Positions 21,095-31,787 are shown, counted from the stretch's first letter. The stretch: 64,000 nucleotides of DNA from an uncultured Bacilli bacterium (GCA_934153945.1 CAKPFM010000001.1:72128-136127); one strand, 5' to 3'. Translations and numbers: made by a program. The notes: generated by a model from the sequence alone, not told the origin.

Positions 21095-21536
21095 TAAAAT
21101 AAATAGTTAAACTTAATATAGTCGCAAACACATTAAAATAAACATATGGAAGTAAAAATTTAGAAGCATTTTCATCTAATGATTTAGTTTCATAGTATAA
21201 AAATAAAGATGTTATTAAATTAGCTAATGCTATAACAAAACTGAAAAATAAATTTTTAAAGATAAATAATATATAAGTAAATAATTCATTAAATATATAA
21301 TTACTTATTAAAGATTTATTATAATCTTTAATATATTTAGGTTGATACATATTATAAATAATAGATATACTAATAGAAATTAATATATAAAGTATAGTCC
21401 AAATAATTGGAAATGCCCATCTAGGTAGAGCAAAAAATGGTAAATTTAATTCACTATAAAATGAATAGTCTCTAATAAATAAAGAAGGAATTATCCAAAT
21501 AATAAAACTAACAATAAAAATAATTAATTTCTTCAT
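21084..21536 (-). CDS. TspO/MBR family (tryptophan-rich sensory protein-like) membrane protein
   Basis: 150-aa polytopic protein. LPFFALPRWAFPIIWTILYILISI resembles the TspO signature. Confidence 0.5.
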   Translation of the reverse strand: MKKLIIFIVSFIIWIIPSLFIRDYSFYSELNLPFFALPRWAFPIIWTILYILISISISIIYNMYQPKYIKDYNKSLISNYIFNELFTYILFIFKNLFFSFVIALANLITSLFLYYETKSLDENASKFLLPYVYFNVFATILSLTIYFINL

Positions 21537-21590
21537 ACTATCACCTAATAAATAATATGAAATAAATTAAACAATATTACAGGAGGAATT

Positions 21591-22742
21591 ATGACAGATA
21601 ACATGGATGAAATGGTAATGAAATTATTACATTACTTTATAACAGAAAAAGGGTATAGTCCAGTAGTATTACATGGCGCTAAAAATGAAATATGGTTAGA
21701 AAACTTTACAAATGATTTTGGAATTGTAAGAATAGTAACAGATAACATATATAATGATGAACAATTCAATTATGATATATTTAAAACAAATAAAATCGCA
21801 CAAAAAATAAAACAAAAAACATTTACATTTCGTTTAAATATATTAAGTATTTACTTAAATATAGGCGAAAATGTTAACATGGAAAATTACTATCATTTAC
21901 CTAAAATGGAATGTATAAATATAAAAGAAATAAATGATTTAGATAAATTTGAAGTAATAAAAGATAATTTTAGTGATATAACAAAAAATACTGATTTTAA
22001 AGAAGAAGGTATGGATTTATTTATTAAATTAACTGGAGAAATAGCTTCTACTAATGAAGAAAATAATATAAAGGCTGAAAAAATATTTAGAGTTAAGACA
22101 CCTATAATTACTTATTCATTAGTAATTATTAATATTCTAGTATTCTTATCAATGTATATATTTGGTAATGGTTCTACAGATATTAATACTTTAGTTAATT
22201 TTGGAGCAATATATTCTCCTTTAATTAAGGCAGGTGAATATTATCGATTATTATTTGCTGGATTTATACATATTGGTATAATTCATTTATTTGTCAATAT
22301 GTATTCACTACTTGCTATTGGAACTCGTTTAGAGAGTTTAATAGGTAAATGGAAATTTTTAATCGTTTATTTAGTAAGTTTAATAGTTGGTAATTTAATG
22401 AGTATGCTTTTTATTGGAAACAGTATAAGTGCTGGAGCAAGTGGAGCATTATTTGGATTATTTGGAGCGCTTCTTTATTTTGGATATCATTATAGAGTTT
22501 ATTTAGGAAGTATGATGGCATCTCAAATAATACCAATTTTACTTATTAATTTCTCTTTACCATTTTTCTTAAGTGGTATTGATCTAGCAGCTCATATTGG
22601 TGGATTTGCAGCTGGATTACTTACTTTATGGGCTTTAGGAGTAGAATATAAATCAAATAAAAGTGATAAAATAAATGGTTTAATTTTATTATTAATGTTT
22701 GTTATATTTTTAGTTGTTTTAGCGTTTAATATAGTAAAATAA
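21591..22742 (+). CDS. rhomboid-family intramembrane serine protease with an N-terminal cytoplasmic domain
   Basis: Catalytic GASGALFGLFGALL (Ser) and downstream AHIGGFAAG (His) within TM helices. Confidence 0.85.
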   Translation: MTDNMDEMVMKLLHYFITEKGYSPVVLHGAKNEIWLENFTNDFGIVRIVTDNIYNDEQFNYDIFKTNKIAQKIKQKTFTFRLNILSIYLNIGENVNMENYYHLPKMECINIKEINDLDKFEVIKDNFSDITKNTDFKEEGMDLFIKLTGEIASTNEENNIKAEKIFRVKTPIITYSLVIINILVFLSMYIFGNGSTDINTLVNFGAIYSPLIKAGEYYRLLFAGFIHIGIIHLFVNMYSLLAIGTRLESLIGKWKFLIVYLVSLIVGNLMSMLFIGNSISAGASGALFGLFGALLYFGYHYRVYLGSMMASQIIPILLINFSLPFFLSGIDLAAHIGGFAAGLLTLWALGVEYKSNKSDKINGLILLLMFVIFLVVLAFNIVK

Positions 22743-22791
22743 TTTGTATAAATAATTATTTTATTATATAATTAATGTAGGATGTGATGAT

Positions 22792-23829
22792 ATGAAGAAG
22801 TTTAGTTTATTGTTAGTTATTATTTCATTATTTATTATGACTGGATGTAATAAGAAAGAGGAAAATAATATACCTAAAGATGAACCTCAACCAATACCAG
22901 TAAAAAAATTACAAATATTTAATCAAGATTCTAATTCAAGAGTGATTGCTGTTCAAATAAATAATCACAATCAGGCAAGATTAAATCATGCTGGATTACA
23001 AGATGCATTTATTGTATATGAAGCTATGGTAGAAGGCGGAATTACTAGAATGTTAGCTTTATATAAAGATAAAACTACAGAAAAAATTGGTAGTGTAAGA
23101 AGTTCAAGACCATATTTCTTAGATTATGTTTTAGAAAATGATGCAATATATGTTCATTTTGGATTTAGTGAACAAGCTAGAAAAGATATTGCCTCTTTAG
23201 GAATTAACAATATTAATGGTTTATATGACAATGCATTTTGGAGAGATACAACTTTGAATGTTGCTTATGAACATAAAGCATTTACAAGTATGGAAAAAAT
23301 CAATAATATGATTGCTCAAAAAGGTTATAGAACTACAAGTGATTCTCCTGCATTATTAAATTATGATGTAGATGAAGTAAATATTAGTGAAACAAAAGAA
23401 ACAGAATTAGAAGATGGTACTAAGGAAACTACTATAACAAATAAAGCTAATACAGTAGTTATTCCATATTCTTATTACATGACTGTTAAATATGAATATG
23501 ATAGTGAAAATAAAGTTTATAATAGATTTGCTAACGACAAAGCACATACAGATGCTATAACTAAAAAACAATATAATTTTAAAAATATAATAATTATTAA
23601 GGTTAAGAATTATTCAATTGATAGTTATGGAAGACAGGCATTAGATAATATTGGAACAGGTAGTGGATATTTCATAACTAATGGTTGTGTTAAAGAAATA
23701 ACATGGCAAAAAGATTCAAGAAGTTCAAAAACAGTATATAAATATTTAGATGGAACAGATGTAGTAGTTAATGATGGAAATACATTTATTCAAATAGTTC
23801 CAATAAATAGTAATGTTACATTTAATTAA
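22792..23829 (+). CDS. lipoprotein, possibly DUF3048/YerB-like
   Basis: Signal peptide with lipobox LFIMTGC. The family assignment is a weak recollection only. Confidence 0.5.
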   Translation: MKKFSLLLVIISLFIMTGCNKKEENNIPKDEPQPIPVKKLQIFNQDSNSRVIAVQINNHNQARLNHAGLQDAFIVYEAMVEGGITRMLALYKDKTTEKIGSVRSSRPYFLDYVLENDAIYVHFGFSEQARKDIASLGINNINGLYDNAFWRDTTLNVAYEHKAFTSMEKINNMIAQKGYRTTSDSPALLNYDVDEVNISETKETELEDGTKETTITNKANTVVIPYSYYMTVKYEYDSENKVYNRFANDKAHTDAITKKQYNFKNIIIIKVKNYSIDSYGRQALDNIGTGSGYFITNGCVKEITWQKDSRSSKTVYKYLDGTDVVVNDGNTFIQIVPINSNVTFN

Positions 23830-23840
23830 ATAGTTTAATG

Positions 23841-23872
23841 GTACCTATAGAAGGTATCTTTTTAATTATATA
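23841..23872 (+). terminator. possible terminator after the lipoprotein gene
   Basis: TACCT-ATAGA-AGGTA followed by TCTTTTT. Confidence 0.4.
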
Positions 23873-24065
23873 AATTTTACTATTTTTTTTAATTTTTTTA
23901 AAATATACTAATTTAGTATTTTAGTTATATCAAATATATCTAATATAATAAAATAGCTATAACTAAAATAAAAAAATAGTAAAGAAAATAAATCTAAAAT
24001 ATGAAAATCCTCATTTGAAATACAAAAATAAATTTGATAAATTAAATCACCAAGAGGTGAACATC

Positions 24066-24875
24066 ATGAAAAAGAAATTCTATACTTGTAAATATGATAA
24101 AGCATTTAAAGAAATAATGATGAAAAAAGAAAACTTTAATATATTAAAAAAAGTATTAGAAACAATACTAAATATAGAAATAACAAATATAGAAATACAA
24201 CCATTAAACTTAAATACAAATAATATATATGTAAGAGGAAAAGAAGCAGATTTGCTAGTAACAACGAAACAAGGAAAAATAGAAGTAGAAGTAAATACTT
24301 ATTATCAAGACTATGTAAAAGTAAGAAACTTTTGTTTAATAACAAATATATATCAAAATGAAACAGTAGTAGGAGAAGATTATAATGAGGATAAAAATAT
24401 AATCCAAATAAATTTAAACTATGGAGTAAAAGATAAAGAATATAAAAGAATATATAAAGTAAGAGATGAAAGTGGATTAGAATATATAAAAAATTTGACA
24501 ATCTATGAAATAAATATGGATAAATATAAAGAAATATTATATAATGGAGATGAAGAACAACTAGAAGAAAATAAATATCTAATAATGTTAGATATGGATA
24601 AAGAAGAACTAAAGAAACTAAAAAAAGATAAGGTGGTAGAAGAATATATGGAAAAAATAGAAAGACTAAATCAAAATCCAATGTTTATAAATTGGATAAC
24701 AAAAGAAAAAGATGAAGAAATGATAAAAAACACCCAAATAAGAAGAGCAACAGAAGAAGGAATAGATACAGGAAAAAAGGAAATAGCTAAATCTATGTTA
24801 GAAGATGGAATGGATTTAGAAAAAGTATCGAAATTGACTGGATTAACTATAAATGAAATACAAAAACTAGTATAA
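24066..24875 (+). mobile_element. Rpn/YhgA-like PD-(D/E)XK nuclease-family 'putative transposase' (recombination-promoting nuclease family)
   Basis: ATG after AGAGGTG. N-terminus FYTCKYDKAFKEIMMKK resembles the family start. C-terminus ..EEGIDTGKKEIAKSMLEDGMDLEKVSKLTGLTINEIQKL is DUF4351-like. No terminal inverted repeats seen. Confidence 0.55.
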
Positions 24876-24880
24876 CATAT

Positions 24881-24915
24881 CATCAAAATTAGATTTTAAA
24901 GTCTAATTTTTCTTT
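24881..24915 (+). terminator. terminator after the Rpn-like gene
   Basis: AAATTAGA-TTTTAAA-GTCTAATTT followed by a T-rich run. Confidence 0.5.
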
Positions 24916-24959
24916 TAAACAAGTATTAAATTTGATACAATAATGTGGGAAGTGGAATT

Positions 24960-25790
24960 ATGAGTAAAATATTAGGACAAGTAAATACTTTAGAAATAGA
25001 TAAAACATTACCATATTTAGATGGATATATATTTGGATTAAAAGACTATTCAGTTAATTTTTTAAATACTTATAATTTGGATGAATTAAAAGATTTAATA
25101 ATAAAATTAAAAGAAAAAAATAAAGAAATATATATATCAATAAATAAGAATTTACATAATAAAGAAATTAATGAATTAAGAAAAATACTAATAGAAATAG
25201 ATAATTTAAATATAAATGGTATTATGTATGCTGATAACGGATTTATTACCTTAAAAAAAGAATTAAATTTAAAAACAAATTTAATATGGTATCAAGAACA
25301 TTTAACAACATCTTACTCTAGTATAAATACCTATAAAGAATTTGGTATTGATTCAGTTGTTATTTCAAATGATATTACAATCCATGAAGTAAAAGAAATA
25401 ATTGATAATACAAACAGTAAATTATATTATATGATATTTGGATACTTACCAATGTTTATAAGTGAAAGAAATCAAATAAAAAATTATGAAAATTATTTCA
25501 AATTACAAGGTTCAACAGAATATAACTATTTTGTTAATGATAATATAAAATATCCTATTATAGATAACAATTTAGGTACATTTGCTTTTTCTAGTTTACC
25601 TGTATTTGCTTATCAAGAATATTTAGAAATAAAAGATAAGATTGACTATGTAATACTATCTGATTTATTTATTGACTGTGATACATATATAAAAGTATTG
25701 GATAAGGTAAAAAATGAAAGAGATATTGATTTAAATATAGAAACATCACCAAATTTTCTATATCAAGATACAATATATAAAGTAAAATAG
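24960..25790 (+). CDS. peptidase U32 family protein, first of a tandem pair
   Basis: 281 aa immediately upstream of a clear U32 gene. This mirrors the Bacillus yrrN/yrrO (tRNA hydroxylation TrhP1/TrhP2-like) pair. Confidence 0.55.
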   Translation: MSKILGQVNTLEIDKTLPYLDGYIFGLKDYSVNFLNTYNLDELKDLIIKLKEKNKEIYISINKNLHNKEINELRKILIEIDNLNINGIMYADNGFITLKKELNLKTNLIWYQEHLTTSYSSINTYKEFGIDSVVISNDITIHEVKEIIDNTNSKLYYMIFGYLPMFISERNQIKNYENYFKLQGSTEYNYFVNDNIKYPIIDNNLGTFAFSSLPVFAYQEYLEIKDKIDYVILSDLFIDCDTYIKVLDKVKNERDIDLNIETSPNFLYQDTIYKVK

Positions 25791-25798
25791 GAGGAAAT

Positions 25799-26998
25799 AT
25801 GCCAGAGTTATTAGCGCCAGCAGGTGATTTAGAAAGATTAAAAATAGCTTTTATATATGGGGCAGATGCTGTATATATAGGAGGACCAATACTAGGTTTA
25901 AGAGCAAATGCTATTAATTTTACCTTTGAAGAAATAAAAGAAGCTGTAGAATTTGCTCATAATTTAAATAAAAAAGTATATGTAACAGTTAATATTGTAC
26001 TACATAATAAAGAAATAAAAGCAGTAGATGAATACTTAAAAAAATTGGAAAGTTTAAAAGTAGACGCTATCATAGTAAGCGATATTTATATTATAAAAAG
26101 AGCACTTACTACAACAAATCTAGAAGTTCACTTGTCTACTCAAGCATCGACAATGAATAAAGAAATGGCAAAATTCTATAAAGAATTAGGTGTTACTAGA
26201 ATTGTTTTAGCTAGAGAAAATACCAAAGAGGATATACTAGATATAATAAATAATGTCGATATAGAAATAGAATGTTTTATTCATGGAGCAATGTGTTCAA
26301 GTATATCTGGTAGATGTGCTATGTCAAACTTCTTAACAGGAAGAGATGCCAATAGGGGTGGATGCGCTCAAACATGTAGATGGGACTATAAATTACTAAA
26401 TAAAGAAAATAAAGAAATAAAAGGAGAAAAAGATTTTACCTTCTGTGCTAAAGATTTATCAATGTTAGATTCATTAAAAGAAATGATAGATATGGGTATT
26501 AAATCATTTAAAATTGAAGGAAGAATGCGTTCTATATATTATATTGCTACAGTAGTTGGTATATATAGGAAAGTAATAGATAATTACTTAAAAGATAAAG
26601 AATATAAATACGATAAAAATTTGGAAACGGTTTTAAGAAATTGTGCCAATAGAGATTCAGTAATTCAATTTTTCAATAATAAAAAAGATGAAACTTGTAG
26701 TTACTATAATGGAAGACAAGAAGTAAGTAATCAAGAATTTTTAGGTATAGTATTAGATTATAATAAAGAAACTAAAATGGCTACAATAGAACAAAGAAAC
26801 TACTTTAAAATAAATGATGAATGTACAATATTTGGACCAAATCATGAAGATATTAACTATAAATTTAATAACATATATGATGAAGATGACAATATAATAG
26901 AAATAGTTAGACATCCAAGACAAATAGTAAAAATAAAAGTAGATAATGAATTACAAAAATATGACATGTTAAGATTAAAAAAAGTTGACAAAAGCTAA
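25799..26998 (+). CDS. peptidase U32 family protein (collagenase-like / TrhP-like)
   Basis: N-terminus MPELLAPAGDLERLKIAFIYGADAVYIGG is a canonical U32 start. A conserved Cys cluster (CSSISGRC..GGCAQTCRW) is present. Confidence 0.85.
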   Translation: MPELLAPAGDLERLKIAFIYGADAVYIGGPILGLRANAINFTFEEIKEAVEFAHNLNKKVYVTVNIVLHNKEIKAVDEYLKKLESLKVDAIIVSDIYIIKRALTTTNLEVHLSTQASTMNKEMAKFYKELGVTRIVLARENTKEDILDIINNVDIEIECFIHGAMCSSISGRCAMSNFLTGRDANRGGCAQTCRWDYKLLNKENKEIKGEKDFTFCAKDLSMLDSLKEMIDMGIKSFKIEGRMRSIYYIATVVGIYRKVIDNYLKDKEYKYDKNLETVLRNCANRDSVIQFFNNKKDETCSYYNGRQEVSNQEFLGIVLDYNKETKMATIEQRNYFKINDECTIFGPNHEDINYKFNNIYDEDDNIIEIVRHPRQIVKIKVDNELQKYDMLRLKKVDKS

Positions 26999-27043
26999 AA
27001 TGTATAGTATTATTTTGAGTGTTAAATAGAAGAGGTGGACAAT

Positions 27044-27514
27044 ATGCCAGAAAAGAAAAAAACATACCTTACTGAAGAAGGTTTAAATGATTTAAAGAAA
27101 GAATTAGACTATTTAAAAAATGAAAGAAGACCAGAAGTAATACAAGCTTTAAAAGAAGCTAGAGCTTTAGGAGATTTAAGCGAAAATGCTGAATATGATG
27201 CTGCTAGAGCAGAACAAGCTGAAGTAGAAGGAAAAATAGCTTCAATAGAAACAATGCTTGAAAATGCTGAGGTAATAAAAGATGTAAATACAAATAAAGT
27301 ATCAATTGGTACAACAGTTACATTAAAATACTTAGAAGATGACGAAGTAGATACATATACAATCGTTGGTAGTAAAGAAGCAGATCCTTTTGATAACAAA
27401 ATATCAAATGAATCACCAATAGCTAAAGCAATAATTGGTGCAAAAAAAGGAGAACTTGTTACTGTAGATAGTCCAAATGGAAAATATCAAGTAGAAATAT
27501 TAGAAATATCATAA
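27044..27514 (+). CDS. greA: transcription elongation factor GreA
   Basis: Translation MPEKKKTYLTEEGLNDLKKELDYLKNERRPEVIQALKEARALGDLSENAEYDAAR.. Confidence 0.95.
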   Translation: MPEKKKTYLTEEGLNDLKKELDYLKNERRPEVIQALKEARALGDLSENAEYDAARAEQAEVEGKIASIETMLENAEVIKDVNTNKVSIGTTVTLKYLEDDEVDTYTIVGSKEADPFDNKISNESPIAKAIIGAKKGELVTVDSPNGKYQVEILEIS

Positions 27515-27594
27515 TAAATGATATTTTTTAAGTTTTATACTTTCAAATTTAATCAAAATAAGATATAATATATATTGTAATTAGGAGGAATATT

Positions 27595-28848
27595 ATGGAA
27601 AAAAATAAATTAGAATATACAATTAAAATTGAAGGAAAAGAATGGGAAGAAGCAATAGAAAAAGCATTTGTTGAAGCAAATAAAAAAGCTAAAATAGATG
27701 GTTTTAGACCTGGAAAAGCTCCAAAAGAAGTATTTATTAAAAAATATGGAGAAGAATCATTATGGTTAGATGCTGCTGATCATGTACTACAAAGTGCATA
27801 TACTAAAATGTTAGATGAACATAAAGACTTAGAATTAGTTGCTCAACCTGATGTAGCAATTAAAGCTATTTCAAAAGAATATGTAGAATTTAATTTCATA
27901 TTAATTACTAAACCAGAAGTTAAATTAAATAAATACAAAAAATTAGGTGTTAAAAAAGAAGAAGTAAAAGTAACAAAAGAAGAAATAGATAAAGCTATCT
28001 TAGATATGCGTAATAAATATGCTGAAAATGTTACAAAAGAAGGAACACTAGAAAATAATGATATAGCTATCATTGATTTTGAAGGATTCAAAGATGGAGT
28101 AGCATTTGAAGGCGGAAAAGGTGAAAACTATTCTTTAACAATTGGATCAAATACATTTATTCCAGGATTTGAAGAACAATTAATTGGTATGAAAAATGGT
28201 GAAGAAAGAGAAATCAAAGTAACTTTCCCAGAAGATTATCATGCTGAAGAATTAAAAGGACAAGAAGCAACATTTAAAGTAAAATTAAATGAAATTAAAC
28301 AAGTAGTTATTCCTGAACTTAACAAAGATTTCTTTGATGATTTAGGAATGGAAGGAATAAATGATGAAGAATCTTTAAGAAAACAAGTAGAAGAAAATAT
28401 TAAAGCACATAAAGAACATCATGCTGAAGATCATTTTATAGATGAATTATTAGAAGAAGGAATTAAAAACATGGAAGTTGAAGTTCCTGATGTAATGATT
28501 GAAGAAGAATTAAATAGAATGATTAGACAATATGAAGAAAATTTAAAAATGCAAGGACTTTCTTTAGCTCAATTCTATCAATTTACAAATTCAGATGAAG
28601 CAGCTTTAAAAGATCAAATGAGAGAAGAAGCTGAAAAAAGAGTTAAATCTAGATTATTACTAGAAGAAATAGCTAAATTAGAAAAATTAGAAGTAACAGA
28701 TGAAGAAGCAGAAAAAGAAGCAGAAGATTTAGCTACTAAATACAACATGAAAAAAGATGAATTCTTAAAACTATTCGGTGGTATAGAAATGGTTAAATAT
28801 GACCTAGAAATGCGTAAAGCTATCGATGTATTAAAAGAAAATAATTAA
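27595..28848 (+). CDS. tig: trigger factor
   Basis: N-terminal ribosome-binding domain with GFRPGKAPK, followed by FKBP and C-terminal domains. 417 aa. Confidence 0.95.
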   Translation: MEKNKLEYTIKIEGKEWEEAIEKAFVEANKKAKIDGFRPGKAPKEVFIKKYGEESLWLDAADHVLQSAYTKMLDEHKDLELVAQPDVAIKAISKEYVEFNFILITKPEVKLNKYKKLGVKKEEVKVTKEEIDKAILDMRNKYAENVTKEGTLENNDIAIIDFEGFKDGVAFEGGKGENYSLTIGSNTFIPGFEEQLIGMKNGEEREIKVTFPEDYHAEELKGQEATFKVKLNEIKQVVIPELNKDFFDDLGMEGINDEESLRKQVEENIKAHKEHHAEDHFIDELLEEGIKNMEVEVPDVMIEEELNRMIRQYEENLKMQGLSLAQFYQFTNSDEAALKDQMREEAEKRVKSRLLLEEIAKLEKLEVTDEEAEKEAEDLATKYNMKKDEFLKLFGGIEMVKYDLEMRKAIDVLKENN

Positions 28849-28870
28849 GGAACCTAGTTCCTTTTTTCTT
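28848..28870 (+). terminator. terminator after tig
   Basis: AGGAAC-CTA-GTTCCT followed by TTTTT. Confidence 0.7.
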
Positions 28871-28985
28871 TATATATAAGGATATTTTTATAAAATTTAA
28901 AAAAATTACAAAAATATAAATAAAAATAATGTTAAAATGTTGTCAATTGTGATATAATGTATTAGTCTTGAGGTGAAACATAAAA

Positions 28986-29489
28986 ATGCCAAATGTAGAA
29001 AAAGATGAACAATATTTTTCAATTATAGATAACATTATTTATGATAAAGAATTTTATAAATTAAATGATATAGAACATCATGGAATTACTAGATATACAC
29101 ATTCAGTAAGAGTTTCTTACTATTCATATAAAATATGTAAAGCTTTAAAATTAGATTATGTAGATGCTGCTAGAGCAGGTTTATTACATGATTTTTATAT
29201 AAGCAAAGAAAATAGAAATTTTAAAGAAAGATTTACTGAAACATTTACCCATCCTAAAAAAGCTATGGAACATGCTATGGAAATATATGGGATAAATGGA
29301 AGAGAAGCTGATATTATTCGTTCTCACATGTTTCCATTTACAACATCTATTCCTAAGTATGCTGAAAGTTGGATAGTTGTACTAGTTGATAAAACTATTG
29401 GTAGTTTTGAATTCTGTAAAAAATTTGAAAAACAATTAATTTATTCAGCAAATATATTTATGTTATTTATTATGAATATGATTAAATAG
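28986..29489 (+). CDS. HD-domain phosphohydrolase family protein
   Basis: Translation ..HGITRYTHSVRVSYYSYKICKALKLDYVDAARAGLLHDF.. carries the H..HD motifs. Confidence 0.7.
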   Translation: MPNVEKDEQYFSIIDNIIYDKEFYKLNDIEHHGITRYTHSVRVSYYSYKICKALKLDYVDAARAGLLHDFYISKENRNFKERFTETFTHPKKAMEHAMEIYGINGREADIIRSHMFPFTTSIPKYAESWIVVLVDKTIGSFEFCKKFEKQLIYSANIFMLFIMNMIK

Positions 29490-29497
29490 GAGGACTT

Positions 29498-29719
29498 ATG
29501 GAGGTTAGTAATATACAAGATTTTAATGTAAAAAAATTTGCACTAGACGGCAGTATACAATATTTAGAAAATGGTTTAGGTATGGTTAAACAAATGTTAG
29601 TTGCTGCTAAAACAGAAGAAGACTTAGAAAAAATACAAGTATATTTAAATATGACTATTAGTAGTGCACAAGATCAAATAGATAAAATAGTTCATGCTAC
29701 ACAGCAAAGAACAAGATAA
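29498..29719 (+). CDS. small hypothetical protein, 73 aa
   Basis: ORF with an RBS directly after the HD gene. No recognisable motif. Confidence 0.4.
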   Translation: MEVSNIQDFNVKKFALDGSIQYLENGLGMVKQMLVAAKTEEDLEKIQVYLNMTISSAQDQIDKIVHATQQRTR

Positions 29720-29961
29720 AGACTTTTTAGTCTTTTTTTAATTTTAATTTATTAAAGAAATATACATGATATAATACTAGTATGTAATGGTAGTATAATG
29801 ATAGTACAAGACTTTCCTAAGGAATACTTCGAAAATGACATACTTTAAAATAAGGCTAAAGAAAAGATTGTATTAATACATAATGACTAAATTATGGCAA
29901 AAATCTAAAAAACATAAAATAATTTGGGAAAATTATGATATAATTAATTTGCATTTTATAT

Positions 29962-30038
29962 GTCCTCGTAGCTCATCGGGATAGAGCAAAAGTTTCCTAA
30001 ACTTTAGGTGGTAGGTTCGAGTCCTATCGGGGACGCCA
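29962..30038 (+). tRNA. tRNA-Arg, anticodon CCT
   Basis: Manual cloverleaf fold: acceptor GTCCTCG/CGGGGAC, D arm GCTC..GAGC, anticodon arm AAAGT-TTCCTAA-ACTTT, T arm GTAGG-TTCGAGT-CCTAT, then discriminator G and encoded CCA. Confidence 0.85.
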
Positions 30039-30051
30039 TTTTTTAACTATA

Positions 30052-30079
30052 AAAGACTTGGTAAAACAAGACTTTTTTC
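30052..30079 (+). terminator. terminator-like hairpin after tRNA-Arg
   Basis: AAGACTTG-N7-CAAGACTT (one mismatch) followed by TTTTTT. Confidence 0.5.
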
Positions 30080-30111
30080 ATGTTATAATTTTGTTAGGAG
30101 GATGTTAATTT

Positions 30112-30882
30112 ATGAAAGAAACATTCAAAAATGGTTTTCTTGATGATAAGATGCAAGAAAAAATTAAAAAAGTTAAATTTAAATATAAAGAAGAATTTGA
30201 TACGTTATATGATTTTAATAGATTAACATATAAGGTTTTTGAAAATTGCAAAGATATTGATGCAGTAGATGAAAATCTGTATTTGTTACCTGCTTTTGTA
30301 GAGATTAGTAAATTATATCAATCAGCAGTTATTATGTTAGAATATGGTTTCCTTAATAATTTTGAAAGTATAGTAAGAAATATGTTAGAGTTATCATTCC
30401 AAATGTTATATGTGTTTGATGATAAAGAAAACGTTAAAAATTTAAAAAAATATACTTATTCTGAAACTATGAAAAAATTGGAATATATCAAAGATAAAAA
30501 ATTATACGATGTTGTACCTAAGGAATTTGTGGATAGACGATATGCAGAATTAGAAAGTTTAAAATCTGATATAAAAAAAATAGGTGCAAAGAATCCGCCA
30601 AATGTAAAAGATATGTGTAAAAATTTAGGATTAGAAAAAGAATATGTATATTATCAATTATTAAGTGATTATACTCATAATGATTATAGTATTATATTTG
30701 ATTTAAATATTTTTACTAAAGAAGGTGTACTTGTAAATTCAAATGGTAATTACACAAATTTTAAATATAATAGTTTAAGATTGATATCTACATTAAATAT
30801 GACATTATTAAAAATGATTGAAAGATATGTTCCGCTATTAAAATCTGAATATGATGAATTGATAAGAAAAGCATTTAATTGA
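30112..30882 (+). CDS. hypothetical protein, 256 aa, first gene of the tRNA-Arg-adjacent island
   Basis: Long ORF with RBS AGGAGG. No motif I can recognise. Confidence 0.55.
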   Translation: MKETFKNGFLDDKMQEKIKKVKFKYKEEFDTLYDFNRLTYKVFENCKDIDAVDENLYLLPAFVEISKLYQSAVIMLEYGFLNNFESIVRNMLELSFQMLYVFDDKENVKNLKKYTYSETMKKLEYIKDKKLYDVVPKEFVDRRYAELESLKSDIKKIGAKNPPNVKDMCKNLGLEKEYVYYQLLSDYTHNDYSIIFDLNIFTKEGVLVNSNGNYTNFKYNSLRLISTLNMTLLKMIERYVPLLKSEYDELIRKAFN

Positions 30883-31158
30883 TATAAAGTCAAAGAAAAA
30901 TAAATTGAATGATATATTATATATCATTGAAATGTGATATAATTAGTGTGGGTGGTGTAATTATGGAAATAAAAAATAATAAAATAATTTATAAAGCATA
31001 TAAAGAATTTTATAGGAAAGAACCCAATTTTTGTAAAGAAAATATAAGGAATATTACAATAGAAATTCAATCAATGCTTTTTTATATTACGCGAATATGG
31101 AATAAATTTAGGATGTGAAAGTTTTGTTAAAAATGCATATAGTGATTTAGACTTACCA

Positions 31159-31587
31159 ATGGATATGACAATACAAGATATAATTATTGGAAAATTAATC
31201 GGAAAAAATATTGATTTGATTGATGATTCAATTAAGTTTAATGAACTTGCAAATAAATATATTGATGTTATTGGAAATGCAATAACAAATGTAATAAATA
31301 ATTCAGAAGATCCAATAGAAACATTACGAGTAATAACTTATATTTTATATACAAGAAAATATGTTTTACCGACAGCGACTGCTGATGTGATTAAGGAATT
31401 TACAAATTGTCAAGAAACAGACTTAGAAAATGTAAATAGATTAATTTATTCAATTAAGATTGAGTTGTGTAAGGATAACTTTGATAAAGTTAATATAGAA
31501 AAAATGATTAATGAATCAGAAAATGGAGAAACTCCACATATATCAGAAGAAAGTAGAAAGATAGCGGTAAAAGCATTATTAAAATAA
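31159..31587 (+). CDS. hypothetical protein, 142 aa
   Basis: ORF of unknown family. Confidence 0.45.
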   Translation: MDMTIQDIIIGKLIGKNIDLIDDSIKFNELANKYIDVIGNAITNVINNSEDPIETLRVITYILYTRKYVLPTATADVIKEFTNCQETDLENVNRLIYSIKIELCKDNFDKVNIEKMINESENGETPHISEESRKIAVKALLK

Positions 31588-31694
31588 TTATATCTAAGAT
31601 AAATAAAATTGATATAAAGTAAGTAGTAGTTTATCAAAACAGGATAAGATGTTTGTGTCACATTTTCTGATAAACCCTTATTTCATAAGAAAAT

Positions 31695-31787
31695 TTAATT
31701 AAAAAATGGTGTCAATTTGAATAATAGAAGTATAAGTAGAATGATGATAATGATTAAAACAAAGATTAAAAAATCTTTCTTAGTCAT
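31695..31787 (-). CDS. small hydrophobic peptide (30 aa, MTKKDFLIFVLIIIIILLILLLFKLTPFFN), candidate type I toxin-like membrane peptide
   Basis: ATG 7 nt after a GGAGG SD that lies in a perfect CCUCC-GAAA-GGAGG hairpin on the mRNA strand. Paralog of the peptide at 39544..39627. Not in the supplied ORF track (below the size cutoff). Confidence 0.55.
   Translation of the reverse strand: MTKKDFLIFVLIIIIILLILLLFKLTPFFN

Noticed and set aside
24136-24681. 181-aa minus-strand ORF rich in L/F/Y inside the Rpn-like gene
   Set aside because: The plus-strand gene is K/E-rich (AAA/GAA codons), which reads as TTT/TTC-rich on the opposite strand. The run is open by chance and has no RBS.
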